From Mobula hypostoma (Eukaryota), in NCBI RefSeq assembly GCF_963921235.1, contig NC_086108.1:114206001-114270000 (forward strand): a stretch of 64,000 nucleotides of DNA, written 5' to 3'. This document shows, one piece after another, positions 1 through 12,869 of this stretch (position 1 is its first letter; each line of letters starts with the position of its first letter). A model generated the notes under the pieces. It saw only the letters and a list, made by a program, of their open reading frames with translations, was not told the DNA's origin and did no database searches. The position numbers were made by a program, and so were the translations under genes.

Positions 1-236
1 GAGGTCAGAGGTAAGTTTTTCACACAGAGAGTGCTGGGTGCGTGGAATGCACTGCCGGCGACGGGGGTGGAAGCAGATACAACAGGGTCTTTTAAGGTCC
101 TCTTAGATAGGTACATGGAGCTTAGAAAAATAGAGGGCTATGCAGTAGGGAAATTCTAGGCAGTTTCTAGAGCAGGTCACATGGTCAGCACAACATTGTG
201 GGCGAAGGGCCTGTGATGTGCTGTAAATTTCTATGT
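1..236 (+). mobile_element. CR1 LINE 3' end
   Basis: GKFFTQRV..AWN.LP..DRYMELRKIEGY followed by a 3' UTR ending ttctatgtt; same subfamily as 38345-38980. Confidence 0.85.
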
Positions 237-244
237 TCATGGTT

Positions 245-2892
245 GATCTGTGAGCATATTCCTGGCACAACAGCCGGATGTGAGCCTTGCCCACATTGCA
301 CCAGAGCCACAGGGAGGGGAAACTCTGCTGCTGTCCTGCCAGGACTCCCAGAACAGCCGGAACGAATCCCGGAACCGGCCGTCCTCCAGCAGCCGGTCGT
401 TGAAATGCCAGTACACGGACCCCACCCCAAAGCGCATTCAGCTCCGTCCACAACCGGTGGTGGTCCGAGCAGACAAACAGCCGCATGGAGGCGGCCGACA
501 CCCGGGAGACGTGCGGCCTGGAGATGTAGGGTTGGTCGTTCGGCGAGCCCCACCCCCTCTGTATCTCCTTGAGAAAGCACAGAGGTCAGGGGGAAGGCTT
601 TGCCAGATACCGACCAAGTCCGTGGACGCTACCAACCCCCGGAACTTCCTCACCGATGCTCGACCACTCTGGGGGCCAGTGTGATCCCTCTCCTCGGGGG
701 CGCAATTGAAATCACCCCCCAGGATAAAGCCCTTGGTACGATCTATGGACCCCAGCAATGCTGACAGCTCTCGGACCAGGCGCTCCTGCATTGGGCTGGG
801 CTCAGGGGTGTACACATTTACGAAATGCATTGGCAAGCCATCCTGGTGCACGGCGAGGTGAAGCACACAGCCTGGCACGAGTTCCTGAGCCTTCGTTATT
901 TCTGGCTGGGAAAAAGGGGCCAACAACATGGCCACCCTGCTGGAAATGGAGCTGAGGTGACTCGTGGACCCCCCCCCCCTCGCCACTCCAGGAGCTAGGT
1001 GGATTCGTCCCCTGGAACGGTGTGTATCCTACAGGAAGCTCATTGCATATCTCCTGTCCCGGAGGACAGAGAGATGATGGGATCTATGGAGAGCCCCCCC
1101 CCGCCCCCCCACCGTTGATGTTAAGGGTCGTGGCTTATTGAGACCCCTCACCAGAATCCCTGGGAACAGCAACAGAGCTCTCCTTCGAGCCCTCTCCTGC
1201 CTTCACCCTACAATTCTTCTCCAGGGACTCCAGGAGTCTCTTAATCTGCCGCCTCTCCTTACAGGTCACCTCAGCTCCCCTCCCCTTCTTTTGGAGGATC
1301 GTGTAGATAAACTGAACGACCCCTCCCAGACCCATGGCAATCAGTGGCCAACTGGGCCTTGAAGGGTTTCCTCTAGTAGTCCCTCACGAACTGCTGGATC
1401 CCCTCCAGAGAGACGGGCTGTGACTTGGTGCTGGGGTCAAGGAAGTCACCATCTTGGCTTCATAAGAGTCCCTCTCTTTCCCCCTCACTGCATCCAACGA
1501 TCTCATCACCCTCCAAGTAGTTATCGTCTATACCCGATGTGACTATGCCACCTGAACAGGAGACCTGACTACGAGCTCTACCCCATCCCCAGGACCAGTG
1601 TCAGAGGGAGGCCCCACCACCTCCGGATGCAGAATTCATTGTAGTCATTGTCTGCACCTGACGTGACCACCTCACTCCTCACTGTGGCCCTGATGGGAGA
1701 TTCAAATACGAGCTCTACCCCATCCACAGGACCAGTGACAGAGGGAGGCCCCACCACCTCTAGATGCAGAATTCACTGCAGTCATTGTCTGCACCTGACG
1801 TGACCACCTCACTCCTCACCCGAACGGGAGACCTGATGACAGGCTCTACCCCATCCCCGGGACCAGTGAGAGAGGGGGGCCCCACCACCTCGAGATGCAG
1901 AATTCCTCCCTCATTCCAGACATAAGCTTGCTGGGTCGTACCCATCCCCACACCCTTGTCACCCTCCCCAGAAACAGCACGAGGAGAGTCCCCAACATGC
2001 TCACCCCTGGGGACACACTCCATCACATTAGCTGCGTGGAATGGCGATCCAGGGTCACTTCAGTTCCCCTCGTGGACTAAACCCTCCTCAGTAGGGCACT
2101 TGGCCTCAATTGAGGCAACAATCTGGGAAACCAATCCCTGTGGTGACCCGGTACCCACCGGCGACCCCTGTTCTACAGGGCTTTGCCCCTCCTCAGGGAA
2201 TACACGCCCCGTGCTCGGTCTCATACGAGGCCACGACCACCTCCTCACACGGCCCCTCTAAAGTGATGTCGCTCACCAGCCCAGGAGACACATGTTCAGG
2301 AGATGTCTCCCCAGCAGAGGGCCCTCGAACGACAGAGCTATCCTCCAGCTCGGAGGGAATATAATCTGCACATACGGCCTTAACTGGGGGTAAATCCTCC
2401 CCCTGAGGTTCCTGATCCTCAGTCTCATCCCTCCACCGTTTCAGGCCGCAGATATGCTGAGGCACCCTGACCTCCATCACAGAGGCATCCTCAGCCTCCA
2501 GCACTACCTGACCACCCCCCCCAACAAACTTCCCCAGGCGCTTGCTGGGTTTCAGGAGCCACTGAACCCTCCAGACTCGGTTCAGCAGCAACAACCTGCT
2601 CCTTCTCCGGGGGAGAAACCTTCAGATGCTTTCTCTTCTTTTTCGCCTTCCTGCCCGCCACCTGTACCCACCCCTCACCATCACCCGCTACGTGTCCAAC
2701 CACGACTTCCACAGCCAGTGGCACTGGGGGGGAGTGGTGACGAGGAGAGACAGCAAGAGGGATTTAGCAGGAGAAGGCCCACTGGTATCACCCCGTGCCT
2801 CCGAGGCAGTGTTGGCAGTCTGACGGTTTGGGCAATTCTTCCGAATATGCCCAAACTCCTTACAGGCATGGCACCTTGGGTGGTGAGTTCTG
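245..2892 (-). mobile_element. Tx1-clade (L1 group) non-LTR fragment: ORF1 C-terminal half and ORF2 APE endonuclease
   Basis: Zinc knuckle CHACKEFGHIRKNC near 2830-2875. ORF1 stop followed by TTLNING near 1110-1135. APE motifs FVNVYTP and GGDFNC; VGKAHIRLLCQEY at the truncated end. Frameshifted. Confidence 0.75.
1555..1915. repeat. About 2.5-3 tandem copies of a 131-137 bp unit inside Tx1 ORF1
   Basis: ctctaccccatcc..ggaccagtg..gatgcagaattc recurs at 1576, 1713 and 1844. Confidence 0.85.
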
Positions 2893-3850
2893 ACACTGTG
2901 AGCCTCTCTCACTACAGACCCTCCCTCAGTACCACCCCTCCCACAGTGTGACCCTCCCTCAGTACCACCCCTCCCACAGTGTGATCCTCCCTCAGTACTA
3001 CCCCTCCCACAGTGTGACCCTCCCTCAGTACCACCCCTCCCACAGTGTGACCCTCCCTCAGTACCACCCCTCCCACAGTGTGACCCTCCCTCAGTACCGC
3101 CCCTCCCACAGTGTGACTCTCCCTCAGTACCGCTCCTCCCACAGTGTGACCCTCCCTCAGTACCACCCCTCCCACAGTGTGACCCTCCCTCAGTATCGCC
3201 CCTCCCACAGTGTGACACTCCCTCAGTACCTCCCCTCCCACAGTGTGACCCTCCCTCAGTACCGCCCCTCCCACAGTGTGACTCTCCCTCAGTACCGCCC
3301 CTCCCACAGTGTGACCCTCCCTCAGTACCGCCCCTCCCACAGTGTGACTCTCCCTCAGTATCGCCCCTCCCATAGTGTCCCCTCCCTCAGTACCACCCCT
3401 CCCACAGTGTGACCCTCCCTCAGTACTACCCCTCCCACAGTGTGACCATCCCACAGTACCACCCCTCCCACAGTGTGACTCTCCCTCAGTATCGCCCCTC
3501 CCATAGTGTCCCCTCCCTCAGTACCACCCCTCTCACAGTGTGACTCTCCCTCAGTATCGCCCCTCCCATAGTGTCCCCTCCCTCAGTACCACCCCTCTCA
3601 CAGTGTGACCCTCCCTCAGTATCGCCCCTCCCATAGTGTCCCCTCCCTCAGTACCACCCCTCCCACGGTGTGACCCTCCCTCAGTACCACCCCTCCCACA
3701 GTGTGACCATCCCACAGTACCACCCCTCCCACAGAGTGACTCTCCCTCAGTACCACCCCTCCCACAGTGTGACTCTCCCAGTCCCACCTCCTCCTACAGT
3801 GTGACCCTCCCTCGGTACCACCCCTCCCCTCAGTACTGCCCCTCCCATAG
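2893..3850 (+). repeat. 33-bp minisatellite array (about 28 units)
   Basis: Unit cacagtgtgaccctccctcagtaccacccctcc, seen directly. Confidence 0.95.
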
Positions 3851-4267
3851 CAGAGATTGGTGTGACTGTTTTTGCCCAAACTCTGACTGCACCCCACCAC
3901 TTTACTAAACCCACTTATCCTGCCTCCATTCATTGTGCAGTGTAGGTATTGTTCTCGGCTCCCACACGGGTTGGCTCTGTTGGAAGTGTGAATGATTTAA
4001 TTATTTATAGATATGACATAACAAAGTGAAATTCAAAACCTCTCAGTAACTATAGCAACTTGTGTGGTATCAGAAATGTAACGTCAATACGTCTCTCGGA
4101 ATTTTATTTTTGGCAATTTTCCTCCCCTCGCGAACTGCAGTCAGTTGAAGATGTGTGATGTTTGAGCTCAGTGATTGTCCGTGGACAGGCACCAGTTAGT
4201 GTGGGTCTGAGTGCGAGAGAACTTGTACTTGACTGCCAATTGAGGGGCTCACAGTTTGAGATTTGAC

Positions 4268-6620
4268 CATATAACCATATAACAATTACAGCACGGAAAC
4301 AGGCCATCTGGGCCCTTCTAGTCTGTGCCGAACTCTTACTTTCACCTAGTCCCATCGACCTGCACTCAGCCCATAACCCTCCATTCATTTCCTGTCCATA
4401 TAGCTGTCCAATTTAACTTTAAACGACAACAACGAACCTGCCTTGGCCACTTCTGCTGGAAGCTCGTTCCACACAGCTACCACTCTCTGAGTAAAGAAGT
4501 TCCCCCTCATGTTACCCCTAAACTTTTGCCCTTTAACTCTCAACTCATGTCCTCTTGTTTGAATCTCCACCTTTCTCAATGGAAAAAGCCTATCCACATC
4601 AACTCTATCAATCCCCCTCATAATTTTAAATACCTTTATCAAGTGCCCCCTCAACCTTCTACGTTCCAAAGAATAAAGACCCAACTTGTTCAACCTTTCT
4701 CTGTAACTTAGGTGATGAAACCCAGGTAAGATTCTAGTAAATTTTCTCTGTACTGTCTCTATTTTGTTGACATCTTTCCTATAACTCAGTGACCAAAACT
4801 GTACACACCTGGAGTATTGTGTGCAGTTTTGGTCCCCTAATCTGAGGAAAGACATCTTTGCCATAGAGGGAGTACAAAGAAGGTTCACCAGATTGATTCC
4901 TGGGATGGCAGGACTTTCATATGAAGAAAGACTGGATGAACTGGGCTTGTACTCGTTGGAATTTAGAAGATTAAGGGGGGATCTGATTGAAACGTATAAG
5001 ATCCTAAAGGGATTGGACAGGCTAGATGCAGGAAGATTGTTCCCGATGTTGGGGAAGTCCAGAACGAGGGGTCACAGTTTGAGGATAGAGGGGAAGCCTT
5101 TTAGGACCGAGATTAGGAAAAACTTCTTCACACAGAGAGTGGTGAATCTGTGGAATTCTCTGCCACAGGAAACTGTTGAGGCCAGTTCATTGGCTATATT
5201 TAAGAGGGAGTTAGATATGGCCCTTGTGGCTACGGGGGTCAGGGGGTATGGAGGGAAGGCTGGGGCGGGGTTCTGAGTTGGATGATCAGCCATGATCATA
5301 ATAAATGGCGGTGCAGGCTTGAAGGGCCGAATGGCCTACTCCTGCACCTATTTTCTATGTTTTTCTATGTTTCTATGTTTACTCCAAATTTGGCCTCACC
5401 AATGCCTTGTGCAATTTCAACATTACATCCCAACTTCTATACTCAATGCTCTGATTTATAAAGGCCAGCATACCAAAAGCTTTCTTCACCACCCTATCCA
5501 CATGAAATTCCACCTTCAGGGAACTAGGCACCATTATTCCTAGATCCCTCTGTTCTACTGCATTCTTCAATGCCCTACCATTTACCATGTATGTCCTATT
5601 TTGATTAGTCCGACCAAAATGTAGCACCTCACATTTATCAGCATTAAACTCCATCTGCCATCTTTCAGCCCACTCTTCTAACTGGCCTAAATCTCTCTGC
5701 AAGCTTTGAAAACCTACTTCATTATCCACAACTCCACCTATCTTAGTATCATCTGCATACTTACTCATCCAATTTACCACCCCATCATCCAGATCATTAA
5801 TGTATATGACAAATAACATTGGACCCAGTACAGATCCCTGACGCACACCACTAGTCACTGGCCTCCAATCTGACAACAGTTATCCACCACCACTCTCTGG
5901 CGTCTCCCATCCAGCTACTGCTGAATCCATTTTACTACTTAAATATTAATACCTAACGATTGAACCTTCCTAAACAACCTTCCATGTGGGACTTCGTCAA
6001 AGGCCTTACTGAAGTCCACATACACAACATCCACCGCTTTACCCTCGTCAACTTTCCTAGTAACCTCTTCAAAAAGTTCAATAAGATTTGTCAAACATGA
6101 CCTTTCACGCACGAATCCATGTTGACTGTTCCTAATCAGCCCCTGTCTTTCCAGATACCATCTCTAAGAATACTTTCCATCAATTTACCCACCACTGACG
6201 TCAAACTCGCAGGCCGATAATTGCTAGGTTTACTCTTGGAACCCTTTTTAAACAATGGAACAACATGAGCAATACGCCAATCCTCTGGTACCATCCCCGT
6301 TTCTAATGACATTTGAAATATTTCTGTCAGAGCCCCTGCTATTTCCACACTAACTTCCCTCAATGTCCTAGGAAATATCCTGTCAGGCCCAGGAGACTTA
6401 TCCACTTTTATATTCCTTAATAACTCCAGTACTACTTCTGCTTTAATCATCATAGTTTCCATAACTTCCCTACCCATTTCCTGAATCTTACACAATTCAA
6501 TATCCTTCTCCTTAGTGAATACCTAAGAAAAGAAATTGTTCAGAATCTCCTCTATCTCTTTTGGCTCCACACATAGCCGTCCACTCTGATTCTCTAAGGG
6601 ACCAATTTTATCCCTCACTA
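4268..6620 (-). mobile_element. CR1 LINE ORF2 (RT) and 3' UTR, interrupted by a younger CR1
   Basis: KSPGPD, NYRP, DFSKAFD, QGSVLGP, YADDTK motifs on the - strand; accatata repeat tail at about 4267-4282. Confidence 0.9.
4808..5379 (+). mobile_element. Young 5'-truncated CR1 LINE (subfamily B)
   Basis: Uninterrupted [29 protein letters not shown] with a (ttctatgt)n tail; nearly identical to the 23428 and 42980 copies. Confidence 0.9.
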
Positions 6621-6639
6621 TCTCAAAAACAGGAAAAAT

Positions 6640-8221
6640 TGTTAAACTAAAAATTCAAAACCTGAAATATCAGCAGTTCAAAAGTGCTCATTCCCCTTTG
6701 CTCAGGACTTAGTTGAACCACCTCTCACAGCTATTACAGCCAGTAGTCTTTTTGGACAAGCCTCTTTTAGCTTTGCACAACGTCGTGGACCAAGGTTTGC
6801 CCACTCATCCTTGCAAATTGCTCAAGCTGTGCCAGGTTCGTTGGGCAGCGGTGGTTGACATCCATCTTGAGCTCTTGCCAGAGATGTTTGATGAAGTTAA
6901 GGTTAGGACTCTGGGCCACTGAAGGACATCAATTTTCATTTGAAACCACCCCATGGTTGTTCTGGCAGTGTGCTTCGGGTTGTTGTGCTGGTGAAGGATG
7001 AATTTCCACTGCAGTTTAAGCTTTCAGGTAGAGGCAAGTAGGATTTTATCCAGGATGTAGTGGCATCAGCACCTGCCTTTGGAGTGAAGGCTCCCGAGTT
7101 CGAATCCAGCTGGCTCCCTTGCACGCTTTCCATCCGTGCTGGGTTGAGCGTCGAGCTAGCAACTCGGCCTCGTAAAAATAAGAAAGCCTGCTAAAAAAAA
7201 AACGCTGTCGTGACTGCGTCTCAATGACTCCACTCGGAGTTAAGGGCTTTCTTCTTCTTCTCTCTCTCTATTTAGCAGCATTTATCTTCCCATCAATCCT
7301 GACCAGATTTCCAGTCCCTGCTGCTGAAAAGCATCCCCATAGTGGGATTCTATCTCCACCCTACTTTATAGTAGGGGTAGTGTTACTTGGTTGATATACA
7401 GTATTAGATTTACGCCACACGTACAGCTTAGTGTTGAGGCCAAAATATTCCACTTTCGTCTCATCCGACCACAAGACCTTCTTCCACATTGTTACAGTAT
7501 CTTCTCAGTGATGCTTTGCAAAGTCTTTACAGGTGAGGATCTGCTTTCACTTTAAGCCATGTCTTCTTCCTTGTCGCCTTCCATAAATACTCTTTTGTGC
7601 CTGAGAGATTGTAGAGCCATGAACTTCATCTCCAGTTGCAGCTACTGGCTTTTGCAGCTCATTCAGAGTGGTTGTCTGCTCTAGGGTGTGTAGCTGTGGT
7701 TTCATATTTTATCCACTTTTTCATGATGGACTGCACTGGGCTCTGAGGTATGCTCAGTACATTTGAGTGCTCTTGTACCTTTCCCCAGACTGGTGCTTCT
7801 CGATGATCATTTCCCTGACTTGCCTTGAATGCTCTTTTGTCTTCATTTTGGTTTGGTCTGTTGAATAGCTACGAAACTGTTGGACCTTACAGAGAGAGGG
7901 GGTAATTTATTCTTATGAACTCATTGTAAACAGGCACTGTTCCAATTTTGGACATCAATAAATTGGGTGAGTTGGGAAAGTAATATGTACATTGCACCTG
8001 AGGAAAGTTAATGGAGTCATTACAAATGGGATGAAAACTTTAACAGCCTCACAATTTTGGTTTTAAATTTTTGACAGGTTTTGGAATTTCACTTTTGGTT
8101 GACATAATGCACAATGTTTTGTAGGTTGGTTCAAAAAGTCAAACTTCAATATATTAACTTGAGAAAGTGAGACAGTAAAATATGAAAATAGATGTGGGAC
8201 TGAATACTTTTGAAAGGCACT
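6640..8221 (-). mobile_element. Degraded Tc1 DNA transposon (Passport-like)
   Basis: Terminus ..gaatacttttgaaaggcactg|TA. The - strand starts MKTKEHSRQVREMII near 7847 and contains decayed SDETK and QSPNLN motifs. Confidence 0.75.
7057..7262 (+). mobile_element. tRNA-derived SINE inserted in Tc1
   Basis: B box GAGTTCGAATCC, upstream A-box-like sequence and a (ctt)n tail; it interrupts collinear transposase sequence. Confidence 0.65.
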
Positions 8222-8361
8222 GTAAATCAGCGATGATGGAATGGTGGTACAGCCTGATGGGCTGAATGGCCCACTTCTGCTCCTGTGTCAGACAGTATTG
8301 TGGTTTCATATTGAAACATAGGGTGAACTGCACTGTTTTTGCATCAACAACCGACACAGAC

Positions 8362-9410
8362 CGATGATGGTGTCATGGATTCTTGATTACCTGACTGGCA
8401 GACCGCAGTACGTGTGCTTGCAACACTGTGTATCTGACAGAGTGAGCAGCAGCACTGGGGCTCCACAGGGGACTGTCTTGTCTCCCTTTCTCTTCACCAT
8501 TTACACCTTGGACTTCAACTACTGCACAGAGTCTTGTCATCTTCAGAAGTTTTCTGATGACTCTGCCATAGTTGGATGCATCAGCAAGGGAGATGAGGCT
8601 GAGTACAGGGCTATGGTAGGAAACTTTGTCACATGGTGTGAGCAGAATTATTTACAGCTTAATGTGAAAAAGACTAAGGAGCTGGTGGTAGACCTGAGGA
8701 GAGTTAAGGTACCGGCGACCCCTGTTTCCATCCAGGGGGTCAGTGTGGACATGGTGGAGGATTACAAATACCTGGGGATACGAATTGACAATAAACTGGA
8801 CTGGTCAAAGAACACTGAGGCTGTCTACAAGAAGGGTCAGAGCCGTCTCTATTTCCTGAGGGGACTGGGGTCCTTTAACATCTGCCAGACGATGCTGAGG
8901 ATGTTCTACGAGTCTGTGGTGGTCAGTGCGATCATGTTTGCTGTTGTGTGCTAGGGCAGCAGGCTGAGGGTAGCAGACACCAACAGAATCAACAAACTCA
9001 TTCGTAAGGCCAGTGATGTTGTGGGGATGGAACTGGACTCTCTGACGGTGGTGTCTGAAAAGAGGATGCTGTCTAAGTTGCATGCCATCTTGGACAGTGT
9101 TTCCCATCCACTACATAATGTACTGGGTGGGCACAGGAGTACATTCAGCCAGAGACTCATTCCACCGAGATGCAACACAGAGCGTCATAGGAAGTCATTC
9201 CTGCCTGTGGCCATCAAACTTTACAACTCCTCCCTTGGGTGGTCAGACACCCTGAGCCAATAGGCTGGTCCTGGCCTTATTTCCTGGCATAATTTACATA
9301 TTACTATTTAACTATTTATGATTTTATTACTATTTAATTATTTATGGTGCAACTGTAATGAAAACCAATTTCCCCCGGGATCAATAAGTATGACTATGAC
9401 TATGACTATA
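8362..9410 (+). mobile_element. Rex1/Babar-type LINE, 5'-truncated RT, inserted in a - strand SINE
   Basis: WILDYLTGRPQ, GAPQGTVLSP, KFSDDSAIVG; one internal TAG at 8952; (gactat)n tail. SINE halves lie at about 8300-8361 and 9411-9570. Confidence 0.85.
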
Positions 9411-10115
9411 ATGCGCGGGGGCACAAGTGTCACCACTCTTCTGGCACCCATAACCCAGTAAGCTTTACCCGTAAGTCTTTGGAATGCGAGAGGAAACCGG
9501 AGCACCCAGAGAAATCCACACGGTCACAGAGAGAATATACTACCGTTACAGACATGAGCAGGAATGGAACACCATGATGTTACCAGGTTTGCTGAATGGG
9601 TGGTCTCTTGGTTAATTCAGCGCATTGCAGAAGAGTGGGAGGTGAGCATGTGGTGTCAGTAAAGGGAAGGCCATGCACCCGGCGTCCAACATCACAGAGA
9701 TGGGTACGTGATCGCTGTGAACTGATCGGCAACCTTGACAAACAAGCAGTGACACAAACACATCTTTGACAATTCAGAGTACGAATGAAGGTGAATTCAA
9801 GTTAATTCGCCAGAGGATGGTGAATATGAGGAATTCAATGCCACAGACGGCTGTGGAGGACAATTCATTGGGTATATTTAAAGCAGAGGTTGATAGGTTT
9901 TTAATTAGTCAACATGACAAAGGTTACAGCAGAAGGCAGGAAAATTAGGTCAAGGGTGACAATAAAGCAACCATGATGGAATGGTAGAGCAGATCTGATG
10001 GGAAGAATGGCCTCATACTGCTTTGATGCGGAATGGTGTTATAGAAATGCAGACACCGTGTTGAATTAAAAATTAGAGGAGGTGCAGATGAACATAGGTC
10101 AGACGTCACTGACAG

Positions 10116-10452
10116 CACCATGCATGGTTCCAGTCTCCATATCACACTGGGAACACCGTGCATAGTTCCAGTCTCCATATCACACGGGGAACACCGTGCA
10201 CAGTTCCAGTCTCCATATCACACTGGGATCACTGTGCACAGTTCCAGTCTCCATATCACACTGGGAACACCGTGCACAGTTCCAGTCTCCATATCACACT
10301 GGGATCACCATGCACAGTTCCAGTCTCCATATCACACTGGGATCACTGTGCACAATTCCAGTCTCCATATCACACTGGGATACCGTGCACAATCGCAGTC
10401 TCTATATCACACTGGGAACACAGTACACAGTTCCAGTCTCTATATCACATTG
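10116..10452 (+). repeat. 38-bp minisatellite (about 9 units)
   Basis: Unit cacagttccagtctccatatcacactggga(a/t)cac(c/t)gtg. Confidence 0.95.
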
Positions 10453-10567
10453 AGGTAGTGTGCTGGGCAGCGTACTTTCCTTCATGAATGCAGTTACCAG
10501 TGCAGTGGGCATTGGCGGGTCTCTCCTTTGTGGAGTCGATTTGATCACTTACTGTGACTATGCAAAC

Positions 10568-12820
10568 ATCAGAATCAGGTGTATTATCACTGGCATATGC
10601 TGAGAAATCGGTTAACTTAGCAGCAGCAATTCAATGCAATATATGTTGATATCAAAAAAAAACTAGATCAATTACTGAATAGATTTAAACTTGTGCAAAA
10701 ACAGAAATAATATGTCAAAAAAGAGAGGTTGCGTTCTTGGGTTCAATGTGCATTTGGGAATCAGATGGCAGAGGGGAAGAGGCTGTTTCAGAATCGCTGA
10801 GCGTGTGCCTTCAGGCTTCTGTACCTCCTACCTGATGGTAACAGTGAGAAAAGGGTATGCCCTGAGCGGTGGGGGTTTTTTAATAATGAGCGTTGCCTTT
10901 CTGAGACACTCTACCTTGAAAATGTCTTGGATACTTCTTAGGCTGGTGCCCATGATGGAGCTCACTAATTTCACAACTTTCTGCAGCTTCTTTCAATCTT
11001 GTGCAGTAGTGACCCCCCCCCCCACCCCATATCAGGCAGTGATGCAGCCTGTCAGAATGCTCTCCACGGTATATTGATAGAAATTTTTGAGTGTTTTAGG
11101 TGAGAAACTAGATCTCTTCAATATCCAAATGAAATATAGCCACTGTCTTGCCTTCTTCATAGCTGTATTGATATGTTGGGACCAGGTTCAATCCTCAGAG
11201 ATCTTGACACTCAGGAATTTGAAACTGCTCACTCTCTCCACTTCTGATCCCTCTATGAGGATTGGTTCATGTTCCTTGTCTTATGTTTCTGAAGTTAACA
11301 ATCAACTCTTTCATATTACTTAGGTTGGATACAAGGTTGTTGCCTGCAACACCACTCAACTGGCTGGTATATCTCACTCCTGTACACCCTCTCATCTGCA
11401 TCTGAGATTCTACCAACAATGGTTGTATCATCAGCAAATTTATAGATGGTATTTGAGCTATGCCTAGCCACACAGTCATGGGGATAGAGGGAGTAGAGCA
11501 GTGAGCTAAGCACACACCCCTGAGGTGCGCCAGTGTTGATCGTCAACGAGGAGGAGATATTATCACCAATCCGCACAGATTGCGGTCTTCCGGTTAGGAA
11601 GTCGAGGATCCAAATACAGAGGGAGGTACAGAGGTCCAAGTTCCGTAGTTTATCAGTCAGGACTGTGGAAATAATGGTGTTAACGTTGAGCTACAGTCAA
11701 CGAAAAGCACCCTGACATATGTGTTTGTATTGTCCAAGTGACCTGAGGCCGTGTGAAGAGCCATTGAGATTGCATCTGGTGTCAACCTGTTGTGGCAATG
11801 GGCAAATTGCAGTGGGTCCAGGTCCTTGCTGAGGCAGGAGTTGATTCCAGCCATGACCAACCTCTCAAAGCATTTCATCACCGTAGATGTCAGTGCTATT
11901 GGGTGATGGTCATTAAGGCAACTCACGCTACTCTTCTTAGGCATTGGTATAATTGTTGTCTTTTTGAAGCAGGTGGGAACTTCTCATCCCAGCAGTAAGA
12001 GGTTGAAAATGTATCTGAATACTCCCACCAGTTGGTTGGCACAGGTTTTCAGAGGCTTACCAGGTACTCCATTGGGACTTTCCACCTTGCAAGGGTTCAC
12101 CCTTTTTAAAGACAGTCTAACATCGGCCTCTGAGACAGAGGTCACAGGGTCATCAGGTACAGCAGGGATTTTCACAGCTGTAGTTATATTTTCCCTTTCA
12201 AAGTGGGCATAGAAGGTGTTGAGTTCATCTGGTAGTGAAACATCGCTGCCATTCATGCTATTGGGTTTCACTTTGTCGGAAGTAATGTCCTGCAAACCCT
12301 GCCAGAGTTGTCGTACATCTGATGTCACCTCCAACCTCACTCAGAATTGTTTCTTTGCTCTTGAAATGGCCCTTGCAGGTCATACCTGGTTTTCTGGTAA
12401 AGACCTGGGTCCCCAGACTTGAATACCACTGATCTAGTTCTCAGCAGACGTCGTACCTCCTGGTTTATCCACGGCTTTTGGTTCGGGAATGTACAGTAAG
12501 TCTTTGTAGGCACACACTCATCCACACAGGTTTAATGAAGTTGGTAACAACTGCAGCATACTCATTCAGATTTGAAGATGAATCCCTGAATACTGTCCGG
12601 TCCATCAATTCGAAGCAGTCCTGTAAGCACTCCTGTGCTTCCCTTGTCCAAACCTTCTTGGTCCTCACTACTGGTGCTGCAGTCTTCAGTCTCTGTCTAT
12701 ACTCAGGGAGCAGAAATACAGCCAGGTGATCAGACTTCCCGAAGTGAGGGCGTGGAATAGCACGGTAGGCATTCTTGATGGTGATGAAGCAGTGATCCAG
12801 TGTCTGTCTCTGTGTGTGTC

Positions 12821-12869
<49 letters not shown>

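Noticed and set aside
2688..3933. GRGGTEGGSHC / HSVTLPQY repeat ORFs (also 31605-32135 and 54024-55232)
   Set aside because: They are by-products of a 33-bp unit that is open in several frames on both strands.
7057..7130. tRNA gene (also other B-box hits at about 17208 and 19061)
   Set aside because: No full cloverleaf, and each is followed by a SINE body and tail.
10116..10452. CRISPR-like regular repeats
   Set aside because: The units are head-to-tail with no unique spacers, there are no cas genes, and the context is eukaryotic.
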